NCBI GenBank assembly: GCA_050239825.1
Contig: JBFXGO010000004.1
Span: forward strand, 1-64,000
DNA: 64,000 nt
Source of the DNA: a bacterium
Lineage (GTDB): Bacteria; Hydrothermota; 32-111
Direction of reading: 5' to 3'
This document shows positions 28,917 through 38,188 of the stretch, one piece after another (position 1 is the first letter of the stretch; each line of letters opens with the position of its first letter). A model generated the notes under the pieces. The model was given only the letters and a program-made list of their open reading frames with translations, was not told the origin of the DNA and did no database searches. The position numbers and the translations under genes were made by a program.

Positions 28917-30562
28917 TATTTCTCCTTTTTAATAAATTCATTGTTTTTTATTTCAAAGACATCAAAATCCATCCTGTTTTTTCTGAAGGATATTTTTCCT
29001 GAAGCTCCTTCATACGACTCCATTGAATTGAGATAGTTCTGAATTGACTTTCTGTCCGAATATCCATTCTTTATGAGCATTGCAAGAAGTTTGTATGTGT
29101 CATACGCTAATGCGGCGAATCTGTCCGGATCGGTGGAATATTTCCTGAAAAATTTAAGCCTGAAGCTGTTATAGGAATCAGATATGCCGCTTAATGATTG
29201 GGGGGCGACTATTATTGTATTTTTAAGGTAATCCTTCGCAAGTCGTATGAGATTCTCGTTATACATTGCGGAACCGCCCACCAGAAGAGCGCTTATGTCT
29301 TTGAATGCGAGCTGTGTGGAGAGAAGTATTGCATCCTCTGAGGATACGGGAAGGTAAATTGCATCAATTTTCATTTTTTCTATGAGTTCGATTTTATCAA
29401 GAAAATCCTGCGTTCCCGCAGGGTATCCTATTTCAAAAATCACATTGAGTCCCAGCCTCTTTGCCTCCTTCTTGAAAGCTCCCGAGAGCGTTTTCCCGTA
29501 GGAATCATCTGAAAAGAATATCCCGATGTTTTGAAGTGATGAATCCTGGCTCAGATAGTTCGCCGTGAATATCGCCTCTTCGACAAGAGTCTTATTCACA
29601 AGAAAAATGTTTGTATCAAAGCGCAGAATCTCGCCATCAGAGGCGGTCGGCGACAAGACCGGAAGATTTTTCTGTTTGTAAAGATAGGCTCCGGCAACGA
29701 TTGTTTCCTGACTAGTCATCGGACCTATAACTGCCACGAATGTATTATCTGCATATATTGAATCAATAAGCTCCATTGTTCTGACAGAACTTCCGTCAGT
29801 ATCAAACATCACTAAGTCAATGCTCTCCTCCTCATTTCCGATAACGCACCCTCTCTTCACCTGTTCGCCTATATAGGCGTTTCCTCCTGTAAGTTGAAGG
29901 AGAAGCGCTATCTTGCATTTTGAGTTTTTATTGTTGTTTATCTCAAATATATATTTTTTTGTGTAATCATTTTCCGGATAGTCTTTTATAAGCCTCTGCC
30001 TGAAAATATCGCTTTTTTGAACCTCTTCTGATTTTAAAGAGAGCTGATAGAGCCTGAAGAGAATTAATGGATTGAATATGTCAGAATTGTAATTGTACAG
30101 CAGATACTCCAATTCGGAAGAAGAAAGATGTTTTTCAATAACCTTGTTCAGGTTGTCAATCGCCTTTGTCCTTGTTTCGCTATCCTCATCAGTAAACATG
30201 ACTATCTGCATGAGCCAGCCAGCTGCTTCAAAATACGCCTTCTTTTTTATAAAAGTGTTTGATAGCTCGACTCTTATATTATGAGTCTGGTTGTCTTCGG
30301 GATAGAGTTCGGAGAGTTTCTCGGAATACGCGACCTTTTCATCAAATTCCTGCTGGGTGCAGGTCCTTATCAGAGTCAAAAGCGCTGTGTATGAATTTGA
30401 ATCTTCGGGAAATTCTTCTACGAACCGGCTTAAAAGCTCTCTGCCTGCATTTATATCTTTCTTTTCCATCAAATTCATTCCGTCTTCAAAAAGCTGTTTT
30501 GAAGACTGACAGAAGAGCAATAGAGAAAAAAACGCAACAACGCTAAATATTTTCAATTTCAT
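28916..30562 (-). CDS. LpoA-like protein (TPR plus periplasmic binding fold)
   Basis: KIALLLQLTG, VIGP, ALAYD, GASGKISF; N-terminal helical repeats. Confidence 0.78.
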   Translation of the reverse strand: MKLKIFSVVAFFSLLLFCQSSKQLFEDGMNLMEKKDINAGRELLSRFVEEFPEDSNSYTALLTLIRTCTQQEFDEKVAYSEKLSELYPEDNQTHNIRVELSNTFIKKKAYFEAAGWLMQIVMFTDEDSETRTKAIDNLNKVIEKHLSSSELEYLLYNYNSDIFNPLILFRLYQLSLKSEEVQKSDIFRQRLIKDYPENDYTKKYIFEINNNKNSKCKIALLLQLTGGNAYIGEQVKRGCVIGNEEESIDLVMFDTDGSSVRTMELIDSIYADNTFVAVIGPMTSQETIVAGAYLYKQKNLPVLSPTASDGEILRFDTNIFLVNKTLVEEAIFTANYLSQDSSLQNIGIFFSDDSYGKTLSGAFKKEAKRLGLNVIFEIGYPAGTQDFLDKIELIEKMKIDAIYLPVSSEDAILLSTQLAFKDISALLVGGSAMYNENLIRLAKDYLKNTIIVAPQSLSGISDSYNSFRLKFFRKYSTDPDRFAALAYDTYKLLAMLIKNGYSDRKSIQNYLNSMESYEGASGKISFRKNRMDFDVFEIKNNEFIKKEK

Positions 30563-30959
30563 AGGTAAACTTGACCTCCGCGCTCTGCTTAAGCATTGCT
30601 GAAACTGAGCAGTATTTTTCCTGGGAAAGATTTATCGCCTTCTTTACCTTATCTTCATCAAGGTTCACTCCCTTCAGATGATAATGAAGGGTTATGTTTG
30701 TGAATATTTTGGGATGTTCTCCGCGTCTTGTTCCGTCAACTGTTATTTTGAATTCCTTCAATTGCTCCCGCATCTTCACGAGAATAGAGACAGTATCCAT
30801 TGCGGTGCATCCCGCAAGTGAGAGAAGAAGCATCTCCATTGGCTTGAATGAACCTGCCTCCGCCTCAATTGTTTCAGAAGTGGTGTCAAATATAAACTTG
30901 GATCCGCTGTCGGAGACAGCCGTAAACTTCATTCCCTCAACCCATTTAACTTCTGCCAT
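30543..30959 (-). CDS. OsmC family protein
   Basis: PMEMLLLSLAGC, KYCSV. Confidence 0.9.
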   Translation of the reverse strand: MAEVKWVEGMKFTAVSDSGSKFIFDTTSETIEAEAGSFKPMEMLLLSLAGCTAMDTVSILVKMREQLKEFKITVDGTRRGEHPKIFTNITLHYHLKGVNLDEDKVKKAINLSQEKYCSVSAMLKQSAEVKFTYEIENI

Positions 30960-31440
30960 AATCTTCCTTCTCCTTGGTTATGTAAATGTTGTAATTGAAC
31001 CTTTCTTCCGGCGAAGCATAGTCAATAATCAAAACTCCGTTTAGATGGTCAAGTTCGTGTTGAAACGCCCGTGCATGAATTCCCTCGAGATGCATCGCCT
31101 GATATGCACCTGAAGAATCCGTAAATTCAACATCAACCTCTTTCGACCTTTCAACAGGCACATTCAAATTTGGAAATGAGAGACAGCCTTCAAACTGAGA
31201 TTCGGTCTCTTTCGATTTGAATTTCAATTCAGGATTTATAAGCACTGTCGGCCTCTCTCCGATGTCGAGCACCATAATTCTTTGTGTAATGCCCACCTGA
31301 TTTGCCGCAAGACCTACTCCATCTTCAAGCTTCATTCCGTTTATCATCTGCTTTATGATGTTCTTGAGTGATTTGTTATTCTTAGCCACCTCGTCGGATT
31401 TTATCCTCAGAACAGGGTCTGGATACCTTCTGATTTTCAT
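30946..31440 (-). CDS. def: Peptide deformylase
   Basis: GVGLAANQVG, EGCLS, QHELDHLNG. Confidence 0.97.
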   Translation of the reverse strand: MKIRRYPDPVLRIKSDEVAKNNKSLKNIIKQMINGMKLEDGVGLAANQVGITQRIMVLDIGERPTVLINPELKFKSKETESQFEGCLSFPNLNVPVERSKEVDVEFTDSSGAYQAMHLEGIHARAFQHELDHLNGVLIIDYASPEERFNYNIYITKEKEDYGRS

Positions 31441-31441
31441 T

Positions 31442-33157
31442 TCATTTCTCCGTTTTCAGATGCAATTCCTTAAGCTGTTTATCAGAGACAAAATCGGGTG
31501 ATTCCTCCATCAGCCCCAATCCGTTAAGCGTCTTTGGAAAAGCAATTACATCCTTTATATTATCTCTTTTGAGCATTAGAGAGACCAATCTGTCTATTCC
31601 GGGAGCAATTCCACCGTGAGGCGGAGCTCCGTATTTAAATGCTTCAAGCAAAAATCCGAACCTGCTCTGAAGTTCTTCATCTGTCATTCCAACTATCTTC
31701 ATAATCTCTTTTTGAATTTTCGGATCATGTATCCTTATTGAACCGGAGGCAAGCTCGACGCCGTTTAACACAAGGTCATACAAATCGCCCCTTGCTTTCA
31801 GAGGCTCTGTTGACATAGTGCTTAAGTGTTCTTTTTTGGGCATTGTGAACATATGGTGGCAGGCGACATACCTCTGCTCATTCTCATCATACTCAAAGAG
31901 GGGAAATTCCACAACCCACACAAAATTAAATTCATCCTTTGTATCGAATTTCTTGATTGAAGCTATCTTGCGTCTAAGCATTCCGAGATATTCAAGGGTT
32001 CTCTTCTTTTTTCCGCTCATTGCGAAAAGTATCTTTTCATTGTTCAAAATCTCCTTAGGCAGATACTTCGATAGCGGCCCGGAAACTCCAGTCTCCGACA
32101 ATTTCATGTATCCGAGTCCGGTAGCTCCGATTGATTTAACAAACTCAGTGAGTTCGTCAATCTCTTTTCTCGTGAAATCCTGGTCGGAGAGGATAGCGCC
32201 TGTAAACTCTTGCTCTCTGAACACCTGAAATTCACTACTGTGGGCGCTCTCTGTTATATCATTTATTTCAAGTTTGTATCTGAGGTCAGGTTTATCTGAC
32301 CCGTACTTTTCCATAGATTCATCATAGGTCATTCTTCTGAAAGGTATTTTAAGCTCTATGCCGAGAGTCTCTTTAAAAATATGCGCCATCATCTCTTCAA
32401 TCACCTGAAGCACATCATCGCTGGACACGAATGACATCTCCATATCCAACTGCGTGAATTCAGGCTGTCTGTCTGCCCTCTGGTCTTCGTCCCTGAAACA
32501 TCTCGCTATCTGGAAATACCTGTCAAAACCGGACACCATGAGAATCTGCTTGTATAACTGCGGAGACTGCACAAGAGAATAAAATTTTCCCGCATGCATC
32601 CTCGAAGGCACAAGATAGTCTCTTGCTCCTTCAGGCGTTGATTTTGACATAACCGGGGTCTCTATCTCTATGAAACCGCAGTCTGTGAGAAAATCCCGTA
32701 TCGATTTGATAACTTTGGAACGCATTATTAGAGCTGAAGTCATATATTTTCTTCTCAGGTCGAGATACCTGTATTTCAGCCTGAGCTCCTCTGACGCCTT
32801 CACATCCTCTTCTATGACAAATGGCGTGACAGCAGACCTTGATATTACTTCTGTGAAGTGACATTCGACCTCCACCTCTCCGGTTTTCATATCTTTGTTT
32901 ACTACATTTTCCGGTCTGCGTTTTACAATGCCTTTTACTCTAATCACATCTTCGCTTCTCAGAGATTTCATTGTTTCGGAGGAATCTTCATTATCGGGGA
33001 AGAGCTGCACTATTCCGGAGCGGTCCCTAAGATCGATGAATATGAGATTTCCATGGTCTCTCTTTCTGTTGACCCAACCGCAGAGAGTTACTTCACTTCC
33101 TTCAAGCCCTGCATCCACTTCTCCGCAAAGGCATGTTCGCATTGCTGTTTTAAGCAT
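31442..33157 (-). CDS. aspS: Aspartate--tRNA ligase
   Basis: FIDLRDR, QSPQLYKQ, RDEDQRADRQPEF, GAPPHGG; start ATG 33157. Confidence 0.97.
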   Translation of the reverse strand: MLKTAMRTCLCGEVDAGLEGSEVTLCGWVNRKRDHGNLIFIDLRDRSGIVQLFPDNEDSSETMKSLRSEDVIRVKGIVKRRPENVVNKDMKTGEVEVECHFTEVISRSAVTPFVIEEDVKASEELRLKYRYLDLRRKYMTSALIMRSKVIKSIRDFLTDCGFIEIETPVMSKSTPEGARDYLVPSRMHAGKFYSLVQSPQLYKQILMVSGFDRYFQIARCFRDEDQRADRQPEFTQLDMEMSFVSSDDVLQVIEEMMAHIFKETLGIELKIPFRRMTYDESMEKYGSDKPDLRYKLEINDITESAHSSEFQVFREQEFTGAILSDQDFTRKEIDELTEFVKSIGATGLGYMKLSETGVSGPLSKYLPKEILNNEKILFAMSGKKKRTLEYLGMLRRKIASIKKFDTKDEFNFVWVVEFPLFEYDENEQRYVACHHMFTMPKKEHLSTMSTEPLKARGDLYDLVLNGVELASGSIRIHDPKIQKEIMKIVGMTDEELQSRFGFLLEAFKYGAPPHGGIAPGIDRLVSLMLKRDNIKDVIAFPKTLNGLGLMEESPDFVSDKQLKELHLKTEK

Positions 33158-34427
33158 CTTTACACCTCTTGATGTATTCATATATTTTTGCCGAATTCAA
33201 ATCAATTTTTATCTGACTCTGGTCTGATAGATTCTTAATCACCGCCTTATTCTCCCTCATCTCCTCTTCTCCAATTATCACGGCGAATTTTGCCCTGCCG
33301 GATGAGACGGAAAGCTGTCTTTTTATTTTATCCGTTTCAAAAAGCATATCTGCTTTCATTGACATGCGTCTCAGAGACTCCATCACCTCAAAAGCTTTGT
33401 CCGCAGTCTCGCCTCCGAAATGAACTATGAATGCATCGATAATTTCATCTGCTTCAAAATTCTTTTTTATACTTTCAGGTATCGAAAGCATAAGCCTTTC
33501 AATACCGCCTGCAAAACCGCATGAAGGCATCTCCTGACCGCCCAGTTCTTTGGAAAGCATGTCATACCTTCCGCCTCCGATAAGAGTGGACTGAGACCCG
33601 AGGGATTCTCCAGTTTCAATAAATTCAAAGACAGTCTTGGTATAATAATCGAGCCCGCGCACTATCATGGGATTTACCGAATACTCTATTTTGAAATCAT
33701 CAAGGCACTGTTTTACATTCTCGAAATCGCTTTTGCATTCTTTGCACAGATGTTCAGTAATTTTCGGGGAATCGAGAGCAACCGCCCTGCATCCGCTCTC
33801 TTTGCAGTCAAGCACCCTCAGAGGATTTGTATTTATTCTCACCCTGCATTGTTCGCAGACATCCGCAGACCTTTCCGAAAAATATTTTTTTAAAAGAAGA
33901 GTGTAGCCGGGTCTGCAATTCCCGCATCCTATTGAGTTAATCTCTATTTTGTAATCCTTTATTTCAAATGCTTTCAATATTTCCTTACCGAGCATTATAA
34001 GTTCGCAGTCGCGCCTGAAATCGGATGAGTTTAGAGTCTCCACTCCGTATTGATAAAACTCCCTGTACCTTCCCTTCTGGGGTCTTTCATATCTGAACAG
34101 AGGTGTTATGTAGTATAGTTTTTTGACTTCCGCGCCCTGAACATAATTGCTCTCTAGCACCGATCTCATCATTGGCGCAGTCTCTTCGGGTTTGAGAACA
34201 TACTCTTTGCCACTCTTCGATGTGATTGTGAACATCTCTTTGTTGACAATGTCTGTCTCATTTCCGACAGCCCTTTTGAACATCTCCAAAGGCTGAAGTA
34301 TGGATGTCTGTCCGTAAGAAAATCCGTAAGAGGAGATGACCTGCCTCAGAGTCTCAACCGTATTTCTGAAAAGGTTGGATTGACTGCCAAGCATATCGTA
34401 AGTGCCCTTTACTCTCTCAAACCGCAT
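33150..34427 (-). CDS. hisS: Histidine--tRNA ligase
   Basis: FRYERPQKGRYREF, RGLDYY, GGGRYD, GIERL. Confidence 0.97.
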   Translation of the reverse strand: MRFERVKGTYDMLGSQSNLFRNTVETLRQVISSYGFSYGQTSILQPLEMFKRAVGNETDIVNKEMFTITSKSGKEYVLKPEETAPMMRSVLESNYVQGAEVKKLYYITPLFRYERPQKGRYREFYQYGVETLNSSDFRRDCELIMLGKEILKAFEIKDYKIEINSIGCGNCRPGYTLLLKKYFSERSADVCEQCRVRINTNPLRVLDCKESGCRAVALDSPKITEHLCKECKSDFENVKQCLDDFKIEYSVNPMIVRGLDYYTKTVFEFIETGESLGSQSTLIGGGRYDMLSKELGGQEMPSCGFAGGIERLMLSIPESIKKNFEADEIIDAFIVHFGGETADKAFEVMESLRRMSMKADMLFETDKIKRQLSVSSGRAKFAVIIGEEEMRENKAVIKNLSDQSQIKIDLNSAKIYEYIKRCKDA

Positions 34428-34932
34428 TTCGCCTCCCCAATTTTAGTTCATATAAAATTAAAAACATCGTCATCAGAGCCATTCCGAAACCGTCGGCGAG
34501 GAGATCGAAGAATGAGCAGAATCTTGTAGGTGTTAATATCTGATGAAGCTCATCGAAGATTCCTATCAGAATAACAATCATTCCGGCAAGAATATAGTTC
34601 TCCTTGGAATCTCTTTTGCCTCTTGTCTTTTTCAGAGCGTAATAAACCAAAAAAGTAAAGACAAAGTATTCAAACACATGGTAGATTCTGTCCAGATTTT
34701 CAGAAACAAAAACGCAGAGCGAACAACCTCCGCCTCTTCTGTTCAGAAAACTCTTTATCATCAGAAGCACTCTCGACACTATGTTGATGTTGTCTCCCTT
34801 GAAATCAACTTTTACGGAACCCATCACAAAAATTACGACCATCCAAAGAAGTGCCGGAAGCCAATAGATGATTTTTTTTGCCTTAGAGCTCAATTTCATG
34901 CAATCCTTTTGCCAACTGTTTTCCGGCTTCAT
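34417..34932 (-). CDS. VanZ family membrane protein (start may be 34899)
   Basis: WLPALLWM, H.FEY, DELHQ..P.R..S..D. Confidence 0.8.
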   Translation of the reverse strand: MKPENSWQKDCMKLSSKAKKIIYWLPALLWMVVIFVMGSVKVDFKGDNINIVSRVLLMIKSFLNRRGGGCSLCVFVSENLDRIYHVFEYFVFTFLVYYALKKTRGKRDSKENYILAGMIVILIGIFDELHQILTPTRFCSFFDLLADGFGMALMTMFLILYELKLGRRNAV

Positions 34933-35332
34933 CCTCTGTCGTCGAAGAGAGAAGTCTCTGCTTGAACTGTTTGGAAGCGAGAGCCCTGTATAGACTTGAA
35001 AGGAGGGAGAGATAATCGGATTTCATTTCTTTTGAATAGAGGATAAGAAATATTATTCTTATATTTTCATCTCCCATGGAAAATGACTCTTTAAGAAGAC
35101 CGGCGCACAGACACAGGGTTTTTCTTGATGTTTCAGCCCTCGGTACAATAACTTCGTCTGTATAGTATGTGCTGAACATTTTTTCCCTTGCAGTTATGCT
35201 TTTTTCTATTTCTGCGGACTCTTGCTGAGAGTATCCGCGCTTTTCAAGCATCTCTGCAAGAGAAGCAGTCAAATCCGTCGCGGAAAGGAATGAGACAGAC
35301 ACAATTGAACTGTAATCCTTCGAATATTGCAT
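34883..35332 (-). CDS. PTS EIIA (fructose/Ntr type)-like domain protein
   Basis: AREKMFST...VIVPRA, IIFLIL, YLSLLS; the conserved PH reads PR. Confidence 0.65.
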   Translation of the reverse strand: MQYSKDYSSIVSVSFLSATDLTASLAEMLEKRGYSQQESAEIEKSITAREKMFSTYYTDEVIVPRAETSRKTLCLCAGLLKESFSMGDENIRIIFLILYSKEMKSDYLSLLSSLYRALASKQFKQRLLSSTTEDEAGKQLAKGLHEIEL

Positions 35333-35366
35333 TTTTAATCTGCCTTTTTTGCATCGTTTGTCAGAT

Positions 35367-37829
35367 TCATCTGTTCTCCATATACTGTTTAAGCATATTG
35401 TCCCTCAATTCGAGATTTAGAGAGAGAAAGACCTTTGATGCGCTTTGAAGAAGTAATGATTTCAACTCCTTGTTTTTTCTGTAAATATAAGTCATATATG
35501 CCAATAACTCCGCTTTATACAGCATCTCCTCATTCTTTTCGATTCCAAGAAGCTCATGGGCAAAATCCCTGACTTTGCTCTGTTCCGGCTCCTTGTTGGC
35601 TCTTATAAAATCAAGAACCATTAAATCAAGATTATTGATTATATCATCTTTATTAAAATAATCAAGTTTCAACCACTTAGTGGAGTTTTTCGCCATTTTA
35701 ATCTTCCTGTTTTGAAGTACGGCAAAATCGGGAACCGACCTCTTGTCCCTGTAAAAATCAAGAACAAGCTTGTTGTAATATTCGGCATTATCCCATTCAT
35801 ACATTCTTATGAAGGCATCTGAAAGATTGTTATAGACAACCATCCTGTAAAAATCATTATCCTTCTCCCTCTCCATCGATAGGAGAGATGTGAACATATC
35901 AAGAGATTTTGAAAATTCCCCCAGTTTTAGATGTGTGACTGCGAGATTGAGATTGATGCTCCACACTATTGAATTCATACTTGTGAATGGGAAGATGTCC
36001 ATAGCTTTGTTGAAGTATTCAAGGGCTTTGAAGAGCTGGTCCTTCTGGTCAAACATATTTCCCATCATCATGTATACCTTTCCAAGGTCGGCCAAAAAGA
36101 GTTCTTTCGCGCATATCTCCTCGCATTTCAAAAAACAATCGACGGCTTCCTTCTCTCTCTGCCTGAACATGTAGTAGTTTGCCAGATTGGACAGATGCGA
36201 CACATACTCCTTTTGAGTGAGAACCGTCTGGTCAATATTTTTTACAAACTCCTCAACCATCTCAAATAACTGTTTTCTAATACAGTAACTTGTATAGAGT
36301 ATGTTTGTGTAGGGGTCATCCAGTTTTTCAAGGTCAAGTTCTCCTGCAGTTGAAACAGTCTTCAGAACTTTTGTCTGAGCGCTTATCACTGGGTCAGTTA
36401 TCTTTGCAATCTCCTTTTCCGCAAGCTCGAAATTGGATTCAGCTATCAGTATTCTGGCCTTCAATGAGTGCAGTTCATCACCATCCTCTCCGGCATTTTT
36501 GAGAATTTCCATGGCTTCTTCCATATCTCCGTAATTGTACATGTCGAGAGATGCGGATAATGAGAGCTGTCTGTCTTTGCTCAAAGAGCATATTCTCTTT
36601 TTTCTTGCAAGTTCAAACATCTTCTTTTGGCATGGCGAATATTTTTTATCATCAGAGAGTGAAAAGAAAATAGGCGGGTAGGAGTAGGTCAGACAAGAAT
36701 CTCTTTCAATGAGAATCCCCAAAGAGAGAAGATGCATGACATCTTTGTATAGAGAGGGATTGTCTGCAACCGCAGACATGGATATTTCGAGTCCGAGTCT
36801 GTTCACCCGTTGGAGTGCTTTAACCGTAGAATCGCTTAGAGCAGAGATCTCCTCCTTTGCCGAAAAATCAGTAAGGGTCTCAAATTTGGCCATTGCCTCC
36901 TTTTTGACCGCCATTGAAACCAAAAACGGATTACCCTTGGTTGTCAGCTCCAGATAGTTCAGTGTGAAGAGATTAGCTTTCCTTCCGGCAAGTTCAAGAA
37001 ATCTCACAATGTCGTTCTTTGAAAGATTCGACAATGTGTATTCATCGTGCTCTCTCTGTTTGAAAAAGTAAAGGAATTTGTTAAGTTTTTTATTCCCTTC
37101 AATGGTGGCGGGATTGTAAAAAAGTACTGTGACAGAGAATGCGTCATCCTCCCTGAAATTGTCAAGCTCAAGGAATTTTATTCTCTGAAATTCACTCTGC
37201 AGTTTGTTGAGAAGAGATGTCTTCCCAGATTTAAATCCGCCCTTTATTATCACAGACCTCTCTCCGGCAAGCGACTTCTTTATCTCTCTCTCCTCCTTGA
37301 AAGGCATGTATATTCCGCCGCTCTCTCTCTTTGTATAGAGAGTGGAGCAGTTTTTGCCCCTCTCTTTTGAACAGTACAGAGCAAAATCGGCATTCTGCAT
37401 TATGTTTTCAATCTCCTCTATTCCGCCCTCGGCTATTCCGAAGGAGAGTGTCACTGCAACCGACTTATTGACTATAATGAAAGGCCTGGAAGAAATATAC
37501 TTTCTAAAATTCTCCATTGCCTCCTTCAATTCAGCGGCGCTTTTGTCAGAGGAGATGAATATAAATTCATCGCCTCCGAATCTTAGCGGATAGTCATGTT
37601 TTTTGCTGTAGCTTTTGAGAAGACTGCCTATTTCCGTTATTATCTTGTCGCCTGTATAGTGACCGTGCACATCATTTATGTACTTAAAATTGTCAATGTC
37701 AAAAAAGGCAAGAGAGATTGGCCCGTCAAGTATTGCCTGAGCGTTGAGCATAAATCTTTTGTTGAGTATTCCGGTAAGTTCGTCATAATAGACAGGCTCA
37801 AATTCCATCCACTGTTTTTCCTGTCCCAT
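35367..37829 (-). CDS. Diguanylate cyclase fused to reduced P-loop/STAND and TPR domains
   Basis: DELTG, DIDNFK.IND, RFGGDEF; GGFKSGKT; GNPF; C-terminal TPRs. Confidence 0.85.
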   Translation of the reverse strand: MGQEKQWMEFEPVYYDELTGILNKRFMLNAQAILDGPISLAFFDIDNFKYINDVHGHYTGDKIITEIGSLLKSYSKKHDYPLRFGGDEFIFISSDKSAAELKEAMENFRKYISSRPFIIVNKSVAVTLSFGIAEGGIEEIENIMQNADFALYCSKERGKNCSTLYTKRESGGIYMPFKEEREIKKSLAGERSVIIKGGFKSGKTSLLNKLQSEFQRIKFLELDNFREDDAFSVTVLFYNPATIEGNKKLNKFLYFFKQREHDEYTLSNLSKNDIVRFLELAGRKANLFTLNYLELTTKGNPFLVSMAVKKEAMAKFETLTDFSAKEEISALSDSTVKALQRVNRLGLEISMSAVADNPSLYKDVMHLLSLGILIERDSCLTYSYPPIFFSLSDDKKYSPCQKKMFELARKKRICSLSKDRQLSLSASLDMYNYGDMEEAMEILKNAGEDGDELHSLKARILIAESNFELAEKEIAKITDPVISAQTKVLKTVSTAGELDLEKLDDPYTNILYTSYCIRKQLFEMVEEFVKNIDQTVLTQKEYVSHLSNLANYYMFRQREKEAVDCFLKCEEICAKELFLADLGKVYMMMGNMFDQKDQLFKALEYFNKAMDIFPFTSMNSIVWSINLNLAVTHLKLGEFSKSLDMFTSLLSMEREKDNDFYRMVVYNNLSDAFIRMYEWDNAEYYNKLVLDFYRDKRSVPDFAVLQNRKIKMAKNSTKWLKLDYFNKDDIINNLDLMVLDFIRANKEPEQSKVRDFAHELLGIEKNEEMLYKAELLAYMTYIYRKNKELKSLLLQSASKVFLSLNLELRDNMLKQYMENR

Positions 37830-37835
37830 AAAAAC

Positions 37836-37863
37836 ATTATAGAGGGTATAGGCAAAAAATCAA
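37836..37863 (-). promoter_or_regulatory. Sigma70 promoter, probably leaderless
   Basis: TTGATT-N16-TATAAT-N6-ATG(37829). Confidence 0.6.
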
Positions 37864-37876
37864 TATACTCTTTCAG

Positions 37877-38183
37877 AAGGCGGCGGGGGGTGAAATTTGT
37901 GAAAATCAAATGGATGGAAGAAATAGTTTATCTCGATTGGCAACAATTCCACTGTTTCATCAGGACACATAATAGAAGCATCATAGAGATGAAATTTTGG
38001 GATCTTGTTTTCAAAAAGAACCATATTAATCACATAAAACAGACACTGTTAAAGAATTGAAGAACTAAGAAAAAACATTGGAAATTTGACTTTTAATACA
38101 CAGTTAAAAGCAAAACTAAAGAATCATAACGATAAAATTCGGAACTTCAAAACATTTTCACAAATTTCACCCCCCGCCGCCTT
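37877..38183. repeat. Perfect 30-bp inverted repeat enclosing 247 bp
   Basis: AAGGCGGCGGGGGGTGAAATTTGTGAAAAT at 37877-37906; exact reverse complement at 38154-38183. Confidence 0.92.
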
Positions 38184-38188
38184 TTTTG

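Noticed and set aside
31442..33157. Non-discriminating AspRS call
   Set aside because: His in RDHG fits, but the second diagnostic position is ambiguous; needs a genome check for asnS and gatABC
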